IMG/VR virus record: IMGVR_UViG_2541047875_000007
Coordinates: 1 to 42,110 of that record
Source: a virus
Taxonomy: Duplodnaviria; Heunggongvirae; Uroviricota; Caudoviricetes
Length of the DNA: 42,110 nt
Reading direction: 5' to 3' (one strand)
Made by a program: the position numbers and the translations under genes. A model generated the notes under the pieces. The model was given only the letters and a program-made list of their open reading frames with translations, made no database searches and was not told where the DNA came from. Below are positions 38,934 to 42,110 of the stretch, in pieces (position 1 is the first letter of the stretch; the number at the start of each line of letters is the position of its first letter).

Positions 38934-39217
38934 TGGCTAACCTGCAACTTGCCGTTAAAGGTGAATACTTCGATGCCATGATTCGCGGGGAGAAAACGGA
39001 AGAGTATCGCCTGTGTAATGACTACTGGAATAAGCGCCTCGTTAACCGTAAGTATGACCGCCTGATTATCACAAAGGGATATCCGAAGCGCGACGATTCC
39101 AGCCGCAGAATTGACGTCCCGTATGACGGATATGAAATCAAGACAATCACACATCCCCACTTCGGCGATAAACCGGTAAAGGTGTTCGCGATAAAGGTGA
39201 ATATCGGCAATGAATAA
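38933..39217 (+). CDS. ASCH/DUF3850-like (PUA-fold) protein
   Basis: MANLQLAVKGEYFDAMIRGEKTEEYRLCNDYW...YDRLIITKGY fits the ASCH-like pattern; TAATG overlap with the previous gene. Confidence 0.45.
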   Translation: MANLQLAVKGEYFDAMIRGEKTEEYRLCNDYWNKRLVNRKYDRLIITKGYPKRDDSSRRIDVPYDGYEIKTITHPHFGDKPVKVFAIKVNIGNE

Positions 39218-39288
39218 CAATCCTCGAACTCGCGGGGATTTCTTTTATCTGAACTCGCTACGGCGGGTTTTGTTTTATGGAGATGATT

Positions 39289-39588
39289 ATGGCCTGTTCA
39301 ACATTCAACCATCTAACGTTACAGAAATACCAGCCAGACCCTGAAGATTTATGCTCACTGTGTGGCGGAAATCATGGTAAAGCCGCCATGATCGAATGTA
39401 AGGACAAAATCCACATTTGCCTTAATTGCGTTGATGTCCTCGTTGATATCAAAAATGAGAGAGAAGATAAAAAGCGTAGCGAGGCTATTCGCGCATTAGA
39501 TTCATGGATGCGAGATGGGTATAGTGCTGCGCAAATTTATGACTTCGCAATATCAAAAGGCGAAATACCAGGAGTGCGCATCGAATAA
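39289..39588 (+). CDS. Hypothetical zinc-ribbon protein
   Basis: ATG 39289 with GGAG 5 nt upstream; CSLCGG...CLNC cysteine pairs. Confidence 0.5.
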   Translation: MACSTFNHLTLQKYQPDPEDLCSLCGGNHGKAAMIECKDKIHICLNCVDVLVDIKNEREDKKRSEAIRALDSWMRDGYSAAQIYDFAISKGEIPGVRIE

Positions 39589-39630
39589 GACGTAACCAAT
39601 ATTCGAATTGAAGAACTGAAAGAACACCAA

Positions 39631-39652
39631 GCCGCCTGATGGCGGTTTTTTA
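39631..39652 (+). terminator. Intrinsic terminator
   Basis: GCCGCC-TGAT-GGCGG followed by TTTTTTATT. Confidence 0.55.
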
Positions 39653-39665
39653 TTGGAGACAAGAA

Positions 39666-40010
39666 ATGTCAGATTTGGCTATGAAGATTTTGAAATGGCA
39701 AACGACTGGCGATGTTGGCATCAGTAGCGCAACTCTTGCCTCAATCGCATGTGGACTGAAAAAGAATATCTATGGTCATCACTTCGGCGCTCCACATGAC
39801 GCAGCAGATTTCCGACGATGCGTTGCACTTGTTGAGCAGATTCCAGAAGTCAGAGATTCATTCGACAAGGTTGCAAAGCGTGTTCCGGCATTCAAAGGCA
39901 TTCTCAACGAATGGGATTCCCTCGTTGCTCTGTTGAAGTCTGAAATGAAGATACACGGAAACAAAGCACCAGAGACTTACAGAAGAATTAGCGAGTTACG
40001 CAAGGATTAA
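39666..40010 (+). CDS. Hypothetical protein (114 aa)
   Basis: ATG 39666 with GGAG 7 nt upstream. Confidence 0.55.
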   Translation: MSDLAMKILKWQTTGDVGISSATLASIACGLKKNIYGHHFGAPHDAADFRRCVALVEQIPEVRDSFDKVAKRVPAFKGILNEWDSLVALLKSEMKIHGNKAPETYRRISELRKD

Positions 40011-40068
40011 CCACAGCCTCACACTCGATGAGGCCTGTTCATTTCTCAAGATATCCAGACCTACCATC

Positions 40069-40089
40069 GCCGCATCAATGCGGTTTTTT
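40069..40089 (+). terminator. Intrinsic terminator upstream of xis
   Basis: CCGCAT-CAA-TGCGG followed by TTTTTTATT. Confidence 0.55.
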
Positions 40090-40098
40090 ATTACCTGA

Positions 40099-40115
40099 TT
40101 TGCAGGTTCGATTCC
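40099..40115 (+). other. tRNA-derived fragment (T-arm 5' strand plus T-loop), not a complete tRNA
   Basis: TTTGCAGGTTCGATTCC contains the canonical GGTTCGATTCC T-loop; no complementary T-stem or acceptor stem follows. Confidence 0.4.
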
Positions 40116-40134
40116 CTATTCGGAGATAGCACTC

Positions 40135-40335
40135 ATGCAACACGAACTACAGCCTGATTCACTGGTTGATTTGAAATTCATCATGGCCGATACTGGCTTT
40201 GGTAAAACCTTCATCTACGACCGGATTAAGTCCGGCGACCTGCCAAAAGCCAAAGTTATCCACGGGCGAGCAAGATGGTTATATCGTGACCATTGTGAAT
40301 TCAAAAATAAGCTCTTAAGCCGCGCCAATGGGTAA
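40135..40335 (+). CDS. xis: AlpA-family excisionase / DNA-binding regulator
   Basis: 66 aa; ...LKFIMADTGFGKTFIYDRIKSGDLPKAKVIHGRARWLYRD... HTH of the AlpA/Xis type; GGAG upstream; lies next to the att core. Confidence 0.75.
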   Translation: MQHELQPDSLVDLKFIMADTGFGKTFIYDRIKSGDLPKAKVIHGRARWLYRDHCEFKNKLLSRANG

Positions 40336-40408
40336 AATAGCGGGTAAAATATTTCTCACATCTAAAAAACACCATTCTAATCAATCCCCTGCCGCGTCAA
40401 GTAGATGT

Positions 40409-40423
40409 CTGCAGGGGACACCA
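40409..40423 (+). other. Putative attR core: 15-bp copy of the 3' end of a tRNA-Arg (argW-type) gene including CCA
   Basis: CTGCAGGGGACACCA matches the remembered 3' end of E. coli argW; no upstream tRNA body is present, so it is a partial copy as expected at the tRNA-distal prophage junction. Confidence 0.55.
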
Positions 40424-40862
40424 GATACCCTTCAAACGATATCTACCTTCACCCCGTAAAAGATAAGTTTGGCAGCACATTTGCCCTATCTACTCATTTT
40501 TCCTGCAACAGGTTGAAATCTCAACACGGTCAGAAAACGCTGATGACTAAACAGCCCTGGGCTGGGCGATGTAACCATCACACACAATCCTGATCGCGAA
40601 ATATGGCGTGACTTGATACTTCACTCCACAATGCTTTCCTTGATGAATTCGCAGGCCCGTGATACACGGGACAGGTCGCTGAATTACGACAATGCCCTGG
40701 AAATCAGCGAGCCGTGTATCCGGAGTACATTTGAGCGACTGTACCAGAACATGAATGAGGCGTTTGGATTAGGCGATTATTAGCAGGGCTAAGCATTTTG
40801 GTATTATTATTTTCCGGTTGAGGGATATAGAGCTATCGACAACAACCGGAAAAAGTTTACGT

Positions 40863-42110
40863 TTATATTGCTGAAGGTACTGGCGTTTCCATCACTATTT
40901 GCTCACGTTTTTTACTCAGGAAGAAAATGCCAAATAGCAACATCAGGCAGACAATACCCGAAATTGCGAAAAAAACCGTCTGGTAGCCTGCGTGGTCAAA
41001 GAGTATCCCAGTCGGCGTTGAAAGCAGCACAATCCCCAACGAACTGGCAATTTGAAAACCAATCAGAAAGATCGTCGACGACAGGCGCTTATCAAAATTT
41101 GCCACGCTGTATTTGAAGACGGATATGACACAAAGTGGAACCTCAATGGCATGTAACAGCTTCACTAATGAAATAATCCAGGGGTTAACGAATAGCGCGC
41201 AGGAAAGGATACGCAACGCCATAATCACAACACCGATAAGTAATGCATTTTTTGGCCCTACCCGATTCACAAAGAAAGGAATAATCGCCATGCACAGCGC
41301 TTCGAGTACCACCTGGAATGAGTTGAGATAACCATACAGGCGCGTTCCTACATCGTGGGATTCGAATAAACCTGCATAAAAGACAGGAAAGAGTTGTTGA
41401 TCAAAAATGTTATAGAAAGACCACGTCCCCACAATAAATATGACGAAAACCCAGAAGTTTCGATCCTTGAAAACTGCGATAAAATCCTCTTTTTTTACCC
41501 CTCCCACATCCGCCGCTACGCACTGGTGTTCCTGCTCTTTAAAACGCATGTTGATCATCATAAATACAGCGCCAAATAGAGAGACCAACCAGAAGTTGAT
41601 ATGGGGACTGATACTAAAAAATATGCCAGCAAAGAATGCGCCAATAGCATAGCCAAAAGATCCCCAGGCGCGCGCTGTTCCATATTCGAAATGAAAATTT
41701 CGCGCCATTTTTTCGGTGAAGCTGTCAAGCAAACCGCATCCCGCCAGATACCCCAGACCAAAAAAGAGCGCCCCCAGAATTAAACCTACAGAAAAATTGC
41801 TTTGCAGTAACGGTTCATAAACGTAAATCATAAACGGTCCGGTCAAGACCAAGATGAAACTCATACACCAGATGAGCGGTTTCTTCAGACCGAGTTTATC
41901 CTGAACGATGCCGTAGAACATCATAAATAGAATGCTGGTAAACTGGTTGACCGAATAAAGTGTACCTAATTCCGTCCCTGTCAACCCTAGATGTCCTTTC
42001 AGCCAAATAGCGTATAATGACCACCACAGCGACCAGGAAATAAAAAAGAGAAATGAGTAACTGGATGCAAAACGATAGTACGCATTTCTGAATGGAATAT
42101 TCAGTGCCAT
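40863..42110 (-). CDS. cscB: LacY-family oligosaccharide:H+ symporter, sucrose permease CscB-like (host gene flanking the prophage)
   Basis: 415 aa, 12-TM MFS protein; sequence recalled as CscB; the csc locus is known to lie near argW in sucrose-positive E. coli. Confidence 0.7.
   Translation of the reverse strand: MALNIPFRNAYYRFASSYSFLFFISWSLWWSLYAIWLKGHLGLTGTELGTLYSVNQFTSILFMMFYGIVQDKLGLKKPLIWCMSFILVLTGPFMIYVYEPLLQSNFSVGLILGALFFGLGYLAGCGLLDSFTEKMARNFHFEYGTARAWGSFGYAIGAFFAGIFFSISPHINFWLVSLFGAVFMMINMRFKEQEHQCVAADVGGVKKEDFIAVFKDRNFWVFVIFIVGTWSFYNIFDQQLFPVFYAGLFESHDVGTRLYGYLNSFQVVLEALCMAIIPFFVNRVGPKNALLIGVVIMALRILSCALFVNPWIISLVKLLHAIEVPLCVISVFKYSVANFDKRLSSTIFLIGFQIASSLGIVLLSTPTGILFDHAGYQTVFFAISGIVCLMLLFGIFFLSKKREQIVMETPVPSAI

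Noticed and set aside
40405-40593. 62-aa plus-strand ORF across the att core
   Set aside because: It spans the phage-host junction, has no ribosome-binding site, and its translation is low-complexity.
1-42110. CRISPR arrays, insertion sequences, rRNA or complete tRNA genes
   Set aside because: No regularly spaced direct repeats with unique spacers, no transposase-like ORFs or terminal inverted repeats, and no sequence forming a full tRNA cloverleaf were seen; the iteron repeats at 29680-29810 are coding and irregular.

Overview
The window is almost entirely one P22/Sf6-like lambdoid prophage of about 40.4 kb, read mostly on the minus strand. It runs from a tyrosine integrase at the left edge (1-1158) to an AlpA-type excisionase and a 15-bp copy of a tRNA-Arg 3' end (40409-40423, putative attR core) on the right, followed by about 440 bp of junction DNA and a LacY-family sucrose permease gene (cscB-like, 40863-42110). 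All calls are from reading the sequence and from remembered protein families; no database search was run, and tRNA and lambda/P22 reference sequences are quoted from memory.

Module order, in ascending coordinates: int; tailspike; an HNH endonuclease insert; the P22-type immI locus (ant, arc, operators, mnt) with two downstream accessory genes; ejection proteins gp16/gp20/gp7; gp14; tail needle; gp10; gp4; coat; scaffold; portal; large and small terminase; a KilA-N protein; a lambda-type lysis cassette (S, R, Rz/Rz1); the pR'/tR' late control region and Q; a nin region (ninH, rusA, ybcO-like, ninF, a C5 cytosine methyltransferase, ninE, ninB); a DnaB-type helicase; an O-like initiator containing iteron repeats; cII; nutR; cro; OR; cI; PL/nutL; N; and about 20 early-left genes (cIII-like, Rad52-like annealing protein, SSB, 3'-5' exonuclease, Lar-like, PD-(D/E)xK nuclease-like, DUF551, ASCH-like) ending in xis.

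The phage is a mosaic: Q, S, R, N, cII, the nut sites and several Nin proteins look essentially lambda-identical, while the immunity specificity, replication module and virion genes are not lambda's.

No single feature can be shown from sequence alone to be a new biological system. The best candidates are the uncharacterised cargo genes: the two genes downstream of mnt (5938-7231), the three genes immediately after N (32676-33401), the coupled early-left block (36274-39217), and the split tRNA-derived sequence around xis (40099-40423).
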